From assembly GCA_964644465.1 (NCBI GenBank), contig CAZXVU010000003.1, positions 1-49,138 of the forward strand: a stretch of DNA of 49,138 nucleotides. Reading direction: 5' to 3'. The position numbers and the translations under genes were made by a program. The notes under the pieces were generated by a model that saw only the letters and a program-made list of their open reading frames with translations, searched no databases and was not told where the DNA came from. Source of the DNA: an uncultured bacterium. Its GTDB lineage: Bacteria; Chlamydiota; Chlamydiia; Chlamydiales; SM23-39. Of the stretch, positions 1 to 8,404 are shown piece by piece (positions within the stretch are counted from its first letter, which is position 1; each line of letters begins with the position of its first letter).

Positions 1-1522
1 GAGGCGTTTCGAGAATATGGAGGTGGCCATTCAAGACAAGCCCTTCGAAATAGGTCAGAAAGAATGTGATCAATAGATTGCGTATGTGCATCCCGTCGAC
101 ATCTGCATCAGTAGCCAAGATCACTTTATTATACCGGAGATTGGCCAGATCGTCTTCGATATTGAGCGCCGACATCAGATTGTACATCTCTTCATTCTTA
201 TAGAGCAGTTCCAGCTTCATCCCATGGACATTGAGGGGTTTGCCCCGCAGAGAAAATACTGCCTGCGTAAGCGGATCTCTCGTCATCACAATAGAAGCAG
301 AGGCCGATTCCCCTTCCGTGAGGAAAATGACTGAATTTTCTCCCTCTTTCGTCCCATCGCCAAAGTGGAATTTCGAATCGCGCAGCTTTGGGATCTTGAA
401 AGAGATTTTTTTCTGCTTCTCTTTCGCCTCTTTTTTGACGGCCGCTAACTCTTTTCTGAGTTTTTCATTGAAGAGGATCCGCTCGATGATCTTTTTGCCG
501 ATCTCTTCATTCTTAAAAAGAAGGTCTAGGACCGCATCTCTCACTTCTTGAACGATCGTAGATCGGATCTCAATATTTGAGAGCTTGTTCTTGGTTTGAG
601 ACTCAAATACAGGATCTTTTACCTTAACGAGAATCGCTCCGACGATTCCTTCGCGCACATCGATACCCTGAAAGTTTTTCTTCGCATAGTCATTAACGCC
701 CTTCAGAATCCCCTCTTTAAAGCCCGACAAATGGGTTCCGCCATCATGGGTATATTGTCCGTTCACAAAGGAGAAGTATGTCTCGCCATAGCTTGAAGAG
801 TGGAGGAAGGCAAACTCGATGTGCTTGCCCCGATAGTGAAGCGGTTCATAGAGGCGGTCCTCTTTGACCTCCTCATTCAATAGATCTAAAAGGCCGTTTT
901 TCGAACGGATCTCTTCGCCGTTGAAAATGAGCGTCAGCCCTACATTGAGATAGGCATAGTGCCAGAGCCGCTTGAGAATGAGCTCTTTTTGAAAGGCAAA
1001 CTTTTTGAAGACCGCAGCGTCGGGGGTAAATTCGACAAAAGTCCCATTTTCCTCTTTCGTCTTCCCTTTTTTCTTTTCTTTCAGCAGTCCCTTTGAAAAA
1101 TCGACTTCGACGAATTCCCCATCGCGGACGCTTTTCACGAAAAACTGGGAAGAAAGGGCGTTCACCGCTTTCAGCCCCACGCCGTTCAATCCCACAGAAA
1201 ACTGAAAGACATCGTCATTGTATTTGGCGCCTGTGTTGATCTGGCTCACGCACTCGATCACCTTGCCTAAAGGAATCCCCCGCCCCCAGTCTCTCACTGC
1301 AACGGTCGAAGTCTTCTCATTCAGTTCGATCTCGATCTTTTTGCCGTTCCCCATGATGAATTCGTCGATCGAATTATCGATCGTCTCTTTCAGCATCACG
1401 TAGATCCCATCGTCGGGATGCGATCCATCCCCCAGACGGCCAATGTACATCCCAGGGCGAAGCCTTATGTGGGCCAGGGCGTCAAGGGACTGAACGGCGC
1501 TCTCGTCGTATTTTTTAGCCAT
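1..1522 (-). CDS. Type IIA DNA topoisomerase subunit B (GyrB/ParE family, ParE-like paralogue); first ~507 codons only, 3' end lies beyond the left window edge
   Basis: Missing from the ORF track because it is open at the edge. My translation of the minus strand from ATG 1522-1520 reads MAKKYDESAVQSLDALAHIRLRPGMYIGRLGDG...IDNSIDE...GLNGVGLKAVNALS...QTKNKL...Toprim EGESA...DADVDGMHIRNLL. The + strand ORFs 86-1403 are antisense shadows. Confidence 0.9.
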   Translation of the reverse strand, partial: MAKKYDESAVQSLDALAHIRLRPGMYIGRLGDGSHPDDGIYVMLKETIDNSIDEFIMGNGKKIEIELNEKTSTVAVRDWGRGIPLGKVIECVSQINTGAKYNDDVFQFSVGLNGVGLKAVNALSSQFFVKSVRDGEFVEVDFSKGLLKEKKKGKTKEENGTFVEFTPDAAVFKKFAFQKELILKRLWHYAYLNVGLTLIFNGEEIRSKNGLLDLLNEEVKEDRLYEPLHYRGKHIEFAFLHSSSYGETYFSFVNGQYTHDGGTHLSGFKEGILKGVNDYAKKNFQGIDVREGIVGAILVKVKDPVFESQTKNKLSNIEIRSTIVQEVRDAVLDLLFKNEEIGKKIIERILFNEKLRKELAAVKKEAKEKQKKISFKIPKLRDSKFHFGDGTKEGENSVIFLTEGESASASIVMTRDPLTQAVFSLRGKPLNVHGMKLELLYKNEEMYNLMSALNIEDDLANLRYNKVILATDADVDGMHIRNLLITFFLTYFEGLVLNGHLHILETP

Positions 1523-1581
1523 AACTACAGGTCATATCACGTTTCGAATTTTTCTTGGATCATCTAGGATAATCTAGTAAG

Positions 1582-2526
1582 ATGTCTAGCTCAACCAATT
1601 TTTCAGTGGATTTTCCAATGAAAATATTTTTCTTATTTTCCCTCTTTCTAACCTTTCTTATTCCATCGCCAGCTGAAACGTCAAATGTTAAAAAATATGC
1701 TCTTATCACAGGAGCTAGCCGCGGAATAGGCAGATCTTTAGTAGAAGAAATCCTCGAAAGAGATCAGGAAATCCAGATATTCGCGGTTGCGCGGGGACAA
1801 AAGGACTTAAGTGAACTTGCAGCCGCATATCCTGATCATGTCATTCCGATCATTGCCGATCTCAGTATAGCTGAAGACCTTGAACACATTCAAAAAACAG
1901 TCCAGTCTACCCTTCTCGACGACGGCGCCCTATCTTATTTAGTTCACAATGCGGCGATTATTACCCCTATTGGAGATCCCGATTTTTTGCATCGCCAACC
2001 CATAGACTCTATGATGTCGATGATGGATAGCGCTTACAGGACCAATGTGATTGCGCCCCATCTCTTAACAGTCGCGCTCCTTCCTGAATTAAAAAGAGCT
2101 AAAGATGCCAAAGTCCTTTTTGTCTCATCTCGCGCTGGCGATGTTGCTGTGCCAGGCGCTGCGACGTATTCCTGCACAAAAGCTGCCCTAGACCATCTTG
2201 TGTTGAATTTACAGTCGTCTTTACAGGGAGAAATATCTATCGGAACGCTCCATCCCGGAGAAGTCGATACCGATATGCAGGCAGTTTTAAGAGCCCCAGG
2301 AAAAACACAATCAGCTATCTCTGCTCAATTTCGAGAAGCCAAAGAAAAAAACCTCTTTATTTCCCCGATGGTTTCTGCAAAGTTTATCGCATACCTCCTC
2401 TACGACACCTCATTCGAAGAATTCTCAGAAAAGAAATGGGATATCTACTACCTCCGGCCTTCAAATTTTCCAGATTCCCTCGCGAAAGTAATCGGCGCTC
2501 CACCTGGTTACTTAAAGCCCTTATAA
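1582..2526 (+). CDS. Short-chain dehydrogenase/reductase (SDR) with hydrophobic N-terminal extension
   Basis: ALITGASRGIGRS dinucleotide-binding motif, NAA, catalytic YSCTKAAL (YxxxK). About 35 residues precede the Rossmann fold, including MKIFFLFSLFLTFLIPSPA. Confidence 0.8.
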   Translation: MSSSTNFSVDFPMKIFFLFSLFLTFLIPSPAETSNVKKYALITGASRGIGRSLVEEILERDQEIQIFAVARGQKDLSELAAAYPDHVIPIIADLSIAEDLEHIQKTVQSTLLDDGALSYLVHNAAIITPIGDPDFLHRQPIDSMMSMMDSAYRTNVIAPHLLTVALLPELKRAKDAKVLFVSSRAGDVAVPGAATYSCTKAALDHLVLNLQSSLQGEISIGTLHPGEVDTDMQAVLRAPGKTQSAISAQFREAKEKNLFISPMVSAKFIAYLLYDTSFEEFSEKKWDIYYLRPSNFPDSLAKVIGAPPGYLKPL

Positions 2527-2537
2527 ATTAATGATAT

Positions 2538-3086
2538 ATGAACGATGTCCCTCAAATCATATTAAATACACCCCGACTGATACTTCGCCTTCCAACCGAA
2601 AGCGATCATCTTGAATTTCAAGCTTTTGAGGAACGAAACCGCCATCGCCTTTCTCCATGGAGAGCTGCAAGCGCAGAGCAGCAGATTATAAAATGGAGAC
2701 AAGAGTTTGAAGAAAATAGATCGATTCGTTTTTTTTTATTCTCCAAAGAGAGTCCTGAAGGTGAAATCATTGGCCTTTGTAATTTCTCCCAGATTTTTCG
2801 AGGTCCTTTTCAAGCCTGCTATTTAGGGTACCATATTGATAGCGCTCATGAAGGGAAAGGCCTTATGTCGGAAGCCGTAGGAAGGGCCATTCAATATATG
2901 TTCGAAGAACAGAACCTCCATCGAATTATGGCCAATTATATGCCTTCAAATCAAAGAAGCTCCCAGTTGTTACATAAACTTGGGTTCATTATCGAAGGCC
3001 ATGCGAAAAAATATCTGCTTATTAATGGCCACTGGGAAGATCATGTTTTAACTTCGTTGATTAATCAAAAATGGGCAGAAGTTTAA
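2538..3086 (+). CDS. rimJ: GNAT N-acetyltransferase, RimJ/RimL-like (ribosomal-protein alanine acetyltransferase family)
   Basis: RLILRLPTESD...RLSPW...CNFSQIFRGPFQACYLGYHIDSAHEGKGLMSEA...HRIMANYMPSNQRSSQLLHKLGFIIEGHAKKYLLINGHWEDHVL follows the RimJ pattern along its whole length. Confidence 0.7.
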   Translation: MNDVPQIILNTPRLILRLPTESDHLEFQAFEERNRHRLSPWRAASAEQQIIKWRQEFEENRSIRFFLFSKESPEGEIIGLCNFSQIFRGPFQACYLGYHIDSAHEGKGLMSEAVGRAIQYMFEEQNLHRIMANYMPSNQRSSQLLHKLGFIIEGHAKKYLLINGHWEDHVLTSLINQKWAEV

Positions 3087-3096
3087 GGGCTTTTAT

Positions 3097-3813
3097 ATGA
3101 CGATTCCACTCTATCTGCAAGATGCTTATCTCAAAGAAATGAACGCAGCGATTGTTGAGGTCGCCAAAGAAAGCGATAAACGATGGCTCATCGTTCTTGA
3201 TCAAACTATTTTTTATCCTCGAGGCGGCGGCCAGTCCACCGATCAAGGGCAGCTTTTTTCAGAAAACTGGAAAGGCAAAGTGTCCCAAGCCCTCCAAAAA
3301 GAGGGCAAAATTGTCCATTACGTGGAAGGAGATCAGCCGCCTCCTGTTGGAACCCTACTTAAAGGAACTCTCGATTGGAATCGACGCTATCTCAATATGC
3401 GGCTTCATTCTGCCGGCCATGTCGTCGACTTTGCTCTCTACCTTTTAGGCTATTCTCCCTCTCCCCTGACGCCTATCAAAGGAGAGCATGACAAAAAGCC
3501 GGTCATCACCTACCAAGGGACCGTGGAAAAAGATTTCCGAGAAGAGCTGGAGAAAAAAGCGAACGAATTAGTGGCCCAAAACCTTCCATTCTCATTCCGT
3601 TTTTTAGAACTGGCAGAATTAGAGCGCGAAGCGATCTATCTCCAACCCGGACTGCCAAAGAACAAACCCCTCCGCCTGTTAACCTTGAAAGGAGTCGGCA
3701 GCGTAGCCGATGGCGGAACGCAAGTGCATACGACCTCCGAAGTGGGACACATTTCTATCCTCCCGATAGAAAAGAAAGAAGGAATGACCCTCATCCACTA
3801 CCGCATATCATAA
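3097..3813 (+). CDS. AlaX-like alanyl/threonyl-tRNA synthetase second-additional-domain (trans-editing) protein
   Basis: FYPRGGGQ, WNRRYLNMRLHSAGHVV (HxxxH zinc half-site), C-terminal GSVADGGTQVHTTSEVG aligning to the CGGTHV block. Confidence 0.7.
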   Translation: MTIPLYLQDAYLKEMNAAIVEVAKESDKRWLIVLDQTIFYPRGGGQSTDQGQLFSENWKGKVSQALQKEGKIVHYVEGDQPPPVGTLLKGTLDWNRRYLNMRLHSAGHVVDFALYLLGYSPSPLTPIKGEHDKKPVITYQGTVEKDFREELEKKANELVAQNLPFSFRFLELAELEREAIYLQPGLPKNKPLRLLTLKGVGSVADGGTQVHTTSEVGHISILPIEKKEGMTLIHYRIS

Positions 3814-3814
3814 A

Positions 3815-4255
3815 ATGTTTCCAGCCTTACTACTAGCCATTCTCCCATTCACTCATGACGCCGAAGCAGTCCGCCAAGCTCGCCTGGAACAGAATATTGC
3901 AATGGCCGCCGGGGACAAAGAAAAAGCGGCTTCCTTCTGGACAGACGATGTCACTCTACGCCGAGGACTTGGCGCATCTATTGTCGGAAAAGATGCCTAC
4001 TGCGCGCTCCTCGATGAGAAAAGTATCATTTTTGTGCGCGAACCAGATCTCATAGAGGTCAGCCCCCATTGGCCCCTAGCATATGAGTCAGGTATATGGA
4101 CAGCGCACCGAGGGAGCGCGGATGGCCCAACAGCGATCACGGGCCGCTATTCAGCCCAATGGGTCAAACGAGAAGGCTCCTGGCTCATTCGATCTGAGAT
4201 CTTTGTAGCGCTCATCTGCAACGATGATGCCTGTTCATGGCAGGCGCTTCCATGA
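3815..4255 (+). CDS. SnoaL/DUF4440-like (NTF2 fold) protein with short signal-like N-terminus
   Basis: AMAAGDKEKAASFWTDDVTL...YSAQWVKREGSWLIRSEIFVAL is the typical DUF4440 layout. Starts 2 nt after the alaX-like stop. Confidence 0.5.
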   Translation: MFPALLLAILPFTHDAEAVRQARLEQNIAMAAGDKEKAASFWTDDVTLRRGLGASIVGKDAYCALLDEKSIIFVREPDLIEVSPHWPLAYESGIWTAHRGSADGPTAITGRYSAQWVKREGSWLIRSEIFVALICNDDACSWQALP

Positions 4256-4623
4256 AAACCATTTTACTATTCCTTTTAGTGAATACGGCTTTTTCTGAGA
4301 CATTGGATTCCTATTATGAAATAGCGAAGCAGAACTGCCACGACATTGCCTGTATTCGGACAGAAATGGATCGGATCAATAATGAAATATTGAAACTTCT
4401 GGCCGAACGGACTGCGTATGTCAAACGATCTGGCGATTTAAAGTCTCGGACAACGAGAGTTGCCGATGACCGGCAAAGAGTCGCAGATCAAGAAAAGAAA
4501 ATCAGCGATAAATCAATAGAACTAGGGCTTCCGCTAGAAATTAGCCTTCCCGCTTTCAGAGAGATCATGGAAAACTCGATTCGGTACCAACAGAAGTGTA
4601 TCGATCAGCTAACATCGGATTAA
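4252..4623 (+). CDS. AroQ-class chorismate mutase with cleavable signal peptide (exported type)
   Basis: MKTILLFLLVNTAFS signal, then IRTEMDRINNEILKLLAERTAYVKRSGDLK...DRQRV...FREIMENSIRYQ (AroQ helix pattern). ATG 4252 overlaps the upstream TGA as ATGA; the track ORF starts at 4237. Confidence 0.65.
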   Translation: MKTILLFLLVNTAFSETLDSYYEIAKQNCHDIACIRTEMDRINNEILKLLAERTAYVKRSGDLKSRTTRVADDRQRVADQEKKISDKSIELGLPLEISLPAFREIMENSIRYQQKCIDQLTSD

Positions 4624-4626
4624 AGT

Positions 4627-5322
4627 ATGTTTTCATTTCGATTCTTATTTATTGTTTGCTGTTTTGTCAGCGCAGTTTTTGCGGATCATCCCGAAAGCCA
4701 AATTATTGTCTTGGAAAACTTTATCTCTCCGGATGCTGCTCGCGTTTTGATGCAGTATTATGATAGGGATAAACAAAATCTCAACAACACTTCAGACAAT
4801 GAACTTTCTCTCTCTTCGATCTCAGACCCGTACATCCGACAAATCGTTCTCGATATTTCAAATCAAGTCCTTCTTCTGATGAGGCAATGCTATCCTTTAA
4901 TGAATCGAAATTATCTGCTTGATCACGCGGGACTCTATGCAAGAATACCACGGAATTATTGCCCTTATCATGCCGATAACATCTATTTTGAATGTCCGAT
5001 CCATGGGAAAAATCAAATGCAGCTGAGAACGACGTGTCCTGGGAATTGCCCTGGGGCAGGATTTATTCCGAACCATACTTATTGGAGGGAATACACTGCA
5101 TTGATTTATTTGAATGATGCTTTTGAAGGGGGACAAATCGCATTTGAAGACGGGCCGCAGAATAAGCTGTATAAAAAATTCATCAAAATCAAAGCAAACA
5201 TGCTGATATTAGCTCCAAATGGCAAAGATTTTTATCACGAAGTATATCCGATCCTTAGCGGGAAGAGATATTCATTGCATTTGTGGTTTACAAGCGATCC
5301 GCAAATCCAACGTTATTGGTAA
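4627..5322 (+). CDS. 2-oxoglutarate/Fe(II) oxygenase, prolyl 4-hydroxylase-like, with signal peptide
   Basis: MFSFRFLFIVCCFVSAVFA signal; CPYHADN (HxD), FYHEVYPILSGKRYSLHLWF (distal His plus Arg/Lys). A Cys-rich insert CPIHGKNQMQLRTTCPGNCPG sits between them. Confidence 0.65.
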   Translation: MFSFRFLFIVCCFVSAVFADHPESQIIVLENFISPDAARVLMQYYDRDKQNLNNTSDNELSLSSISDPYIRQIVLDISNQVLLLMRQCYPLMNRNYLLDHAGLYARIPRNYCPYHADNIYFECPIHGKNQMQLRTTCPGNCPGAGFIPNHTYWREYTALIYLNDAFEGGQIAFEDGPQNKLYKKFIKIKANMLILAPNGKDFYHEVYPILSGKRYSLHLWFTSDPQIQRYW

Positions 5323-6473
5323 TGGGTTTGATCCAGCTCCTTGTCGCTGAACGTTTCTTTTTGTGTTTCTTGATCTTGTTGAGCGTAGTCTCGAATCTGA
5401 TCGATTTGAAAAGGTTTTTTCACGCTTCTTAGCTCAATCACATAGCCCTGAGGATCTCGCACAAAAGTAAAGATCTGTTCACTCGGCTTGCCTCGATTGA
5501 CCATTGTAGGCTCGATGATGAGTTTAGCCCCTATCGACTGCAATTTTCCAATCACTGCCTTAAATTCCGATTCACTTAAACCATCCGTTCCGAAATGGAA
5601 ACAGGGAACGAAAAAAGTCTTCCGTATCTCTGGGATTTGCTCTTCATGGACCGTTTGAGATGTAGGAATGAGAAAATCGGCACTTTCATGAAAGGCAAGA
5701 ATCGTTCCGAAGAAATCGATGAAACCATTTTCATCATCCATTTTAATCGCTTTCTTTTGGAAGACTTCCCTGTAGAATTCCAAAGATCCATCGAGATCAT
5801 TTGTTTCCAATGCCAAGTGGAATCGTTTTTCTTGGACAGAACCTGACGATCCATAAAAGCTATCCCCATCTTCTTGATACACATAATGGCAATAAGTGAA
5901 TTGCTTCTTAGGATTCGGATGGACTTCCAATTTCTTAAATCCTAATTTCTCATAAAGCGCTTGAGCAGGACCGTTGAAGGTTCGTGTATCTAAAGAGAGT
6001 TCCAAAAAATTCGGAAGAGTTCTGATCACTTCTCCGACCAAGGTTTGAGCAATCCCCTGACGCCGAAAATCTTTGTGAACGCCAATATGATCCATATAAT
6101 TGCGGCCTGTTTTGCCTTCTTCTAAAACAGCGCAAATTGCAACGATTTTTTGATCTTGGATGCAGCGAACTTGATAATAATGGCGCTGATCGGGGTGCTG
6201 ATAACTGTCGAAATCGCGTTGGAACATATCGGCAATGAACTCTTCGTAAGAACGGAACCGCGATTCGTCGATCTGCAAAGCTTGCAAAGGGATCCCTTCA
6301 TGGAGCTTCGGATGTAAATAGGCTTCGTAATACATCGATAGCCCTTCCTCTAATTCGCAAAGAGGGATCTCATCTTGCGGCTCGTACATTTCATATTGGT
6401 AATCCCCACTCACTAGTAGAGTTTGAAAGGCAAAACAGGGTAAACATATTAATATTAACAGAAGTTGAATCAT
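5313..6473 (-). CDS. Fusion protein: GNAT acetyltransferase domain plus glyoxalase/VOC domain, with signal-like N-terminus
   Basis: MIQLLLILICLPCFAF; GNAT core IGVHKDFRRQGIAQTLV...YEKLGFK; C-terminal FHLALETNDLDGSLEFYREVF...VRDPQGYVIEL (VOC fold). Confidence 0.7.
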   Translation of the reverse strand: MIQLLLILICLPCFAFQTLLVSGDYQYEMYEPQDEIPLCELEEGLSMYYEAYLHPKLHEGIPLQALQIDESRFRSYEEFIADMFQRDFDSYQHPDQRHYYQVRCIQDQKIVAICAVLEEGKTGRNYMDHIGVHKDFRRQGIAQTLVGEVIRTLPNFLELSLDTRTFNGPAQALYEKLGFKKLEVHPNPKKQFTYCHYVYQEDGDSFYGSSGSVQEKRFHLALETNDLDGSLEFYREVFQKKAIKMDDENGFIDFFGTILAFHESADFLIPTSQTVHEEQIPEIRKTFFVPCFHFGTDGLSESEFKAVIGKLQSIGAKLIIEPTMVNRGKPSEQIFTFVRDPQGYVIELRSVKKPFQIDQIRDYAQQDQETQKETFSDKELDQTHYQ

Positions 6474-6484
6474 GATTTTTTCCC

Positions 6485-7216
6485 TTAATCTACGCAGTAC
6501 ATGTCCGTTGGATCAAACGCAGGAAAACTAAAGCAAAGAACTCTCATTGGTTCTTTGTCTGCTGCTCGCAACTGATGAATTTGATTGGGGGATATTGCGA
6601 TTGATTCTCCCATGCCCAAAATTTGATGAACGCCATCAATTTCGATATCCAATTTTCCTTTGACGACGACAAAAATCTCTCTCTCAATTTTATGGAAATG
6701 CCTTGGAGAATCTTGGATCTCTAATAAAGCAGCGCTCCATTTCTCATCCGTCTTATCTCCATCAATGAACCCGTATACCGCATAAGTACCTACATCGATC
6801 TTTGCTCCAAAATACTTCGGATCCAAAGGAAGCAGAGGTTTTGTATTGGGAGGAGTCCATTTTGGGGTTGCTGAAGGGATGTCGTAATATACGTCCTCAG
6901 GGAAATGAAAGCCTGGCAGATCAATCGAGAAAAAACGGACAGTGCCTTCGGGAATCAACGAATGGAGAATCCCAGGATCGACTTGAGCCAGCTCTCCGCT
7001 CCGCAAGGTAACCGGCGCTTCAGTTCCGTAGAAAGCTTTGAGTTCTCCTTCAGCTACTAAAATCAACTGCCGCTGTAGCTTGTGATAATGGGGAGCTATC
7101 GGCTCCGAGAGCTCAAACAATTCAAGCTTCCATCCCTGACCCGCCTCGGGAGGAACCAATGGATAAATCGATAAATTTTTATTTACCTGCAATGCACAGA
7201 TCATCGACATCAACAC
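6485..7216 (-). CDS. Bicupin (two cupin barrels) protein
   Basis: Two cupin motifs: PHYHKLQRQLILVAEGEL and RHFHKIEREIFVVVKGKL...IAISPNQIHQL. GTG start 7216 lies 5 nt after GGAGG; ATG 7210 is an alternative. Confidence 0.65.
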   Translation of the reverse strand: MLMSMICALQVNKNLSIYPLVPPEAGQGWKLELFELSEPIAPHYHKLQRQLILVAEGELKAFYGTEAPVTLRSGELAQVDPGILHSLIPEGTVRFFSIDLPGFHFPEDVYYDIPSATPKWTPPNTKPLLPLDPKYFGAKIDVGTYAVYGFIDGDKTDEKWSAALLEIQDSPRHFHKIEREIFVVVKGKLDIEIDGVHQILGMGESIAISPNQIHQLRAADKEPMRVLCFSFPAFDPTDMYCVD

Positions 7217-7264
7217 AATCGCCTCCTTCCCCTGCTAAATTGGCATTTTGGTATCATCTTTCCC

Positions 7265-7810
7265 ATGATAATCCTTCTGATAGCTTTTCTTTGGGGATTT
7301 GCTGAGGCAACCCTATTTTTTATCGTCCCAGATGTTTTATTCACTTACATTGTTCTTTTCAATCCAATCTTAGCTATTTGGAGCTGTTTTTTTTCTCTTG
7401 CAGGCGCGCTGATCGGAGGCGCTGCGATGTATCAATGGGGGAAAAAGAATTTTACTGCGGCATTCCGTACAGTGGAATCTCTTCCAGGGATTTCAAAAAA
7501 GCTGATTGAGCGAGAAAAAAAAGCTCTGATGCAAAAAGGAGCCTTGGCCATCTTTATTGGCCCTTTGAAAGGAATTCCGTATAAAATCTACGCGATCTGC
7601 GCGCCTGGAAAGCTCTCTCTATTTCGATTCCTTCTCATCTCAGTTCCAGCCCGTCTCATCCGATTTGTTCTGGCCACTTTAGGCGCAGAGTTGGCTTTCC
7701 ACCACCTCTTACCGAAGTTCACTCTTACTGCTCAATTGAGCATCCTCTCGGGTTTCTGGGTCTTATTTTACGGTTGGTACTTCATGAAGATGCGGAATCT
7801 CTCTAGATAG
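7265..7810 (+). CDS. Polytopic membrane protein, DedA/YqaA (VTT-domain)-like
   Basis: Hydrophobic throughout; GFAEATLFFIVPDVL, GPLKGIPYKIY and VPARLIRF resemble VTT/SNARE-associated motifs. The family call is tentative. Confidence 0.5.
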   Translation: MIILLIAFLWGFAEATLFFIVPDVLFTYIVLFNPILAIWSCFFSLAGALIGGAAMYQWGKKNFTAAFRTVESLPGISKKLIEREKKALMQKGALAIFIGPLKGIPYKIYAICAPGKLSLFRFLLISVPARLIRFVLATLGAELAFHHLLPKFTLTAQLSILSGFWVLFYGWYFMKMRNLSR

Positions 7811-8404
7811 ACTCTCGAAGCTGTCTTGGACGCATTGCATAAAAGCTGTCCGATCTTCGCAAACGGGCAATGGCGAGCCAATTGCAACATCAACGACAAA
7901 AGGGACCAAGATAGGATCCCCTTTGGGAAGAGCTTTCCCAAGACCGTGGAGAAAGACCGGAGTGATTGGCACCTCAGGGAACCTTTTGGCCAAGTGAGCA
8001 ATGCCGCTTTTCATGCATGAGAGCTTTTCAGCCTCTCCTCGGCTCCCCTCGGGGAAAAAGATGATGATCTCCCCTCGTTTTAAGGCTTCTTCTACCTGCT
8101 CGAAGGGATCTTCCCGGCAGACCTTTCTTTTAAAAGGGATGATTCCAATGATCTTCGTTGAAAACCAAGCCAAAAATCGATTGGCAAGAAAATAATCTTG
8201 AGCCGCAACAGGATGGATCTTGGAAAGCAATCTCAGCGGAAAAAGAGACATCAAAACGACCGTATCCAAATGGCTATTGTGATTCGCAATGACAATCGCC
8301 GGCCCCTCTTTTGGCAAACGGGGATAGTTACGGACATTCATCCCCAAAACAAAGGTTGCCAAAGGGCGGATGAACAAAAGAAAAAATAGTGTTCTCAACA
8401 TCAC
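7763..8404 (-). CDS. Lysophospholipid (1-acyl-sn-glycerol-3-phosphate) acyltransferase, PlsC family
   Basis: ANHNSHLDT (HX4D), FPEGSRG, IAHLAKRF...PITPVFL. The start overlaps the upstream stop by 4 nt. Confidence 0.8.
   Translation of the reverse strand: MMLRTLFFLLFIRPLATFVLGMNVRNYPRLPKEGPAIVIANHNSHLDTVVLMSLFPLRLLSKIHPVAAQDYFLANRFLAWFSTKIIGIIPFKRKVCREDPFEQVEEALKRGEIIIFFPEGSRGEAEKLSCMKSGIAHLAKRFPEVPITPVFLHGLGKALPKGDPILVPFVVDVAIGSPLPVCEDRTAFMQCVQDSFESLSREIPHLHEVPTVK

Noticed and set aside
86-1403. Five + strand ORFs (61-106 aa) at the left edge
   Set aside because: They are antisense shadows of the edge-truncated GyrB/ParE-family gene, whose translation carries unambiguous topoisomerase motifs.
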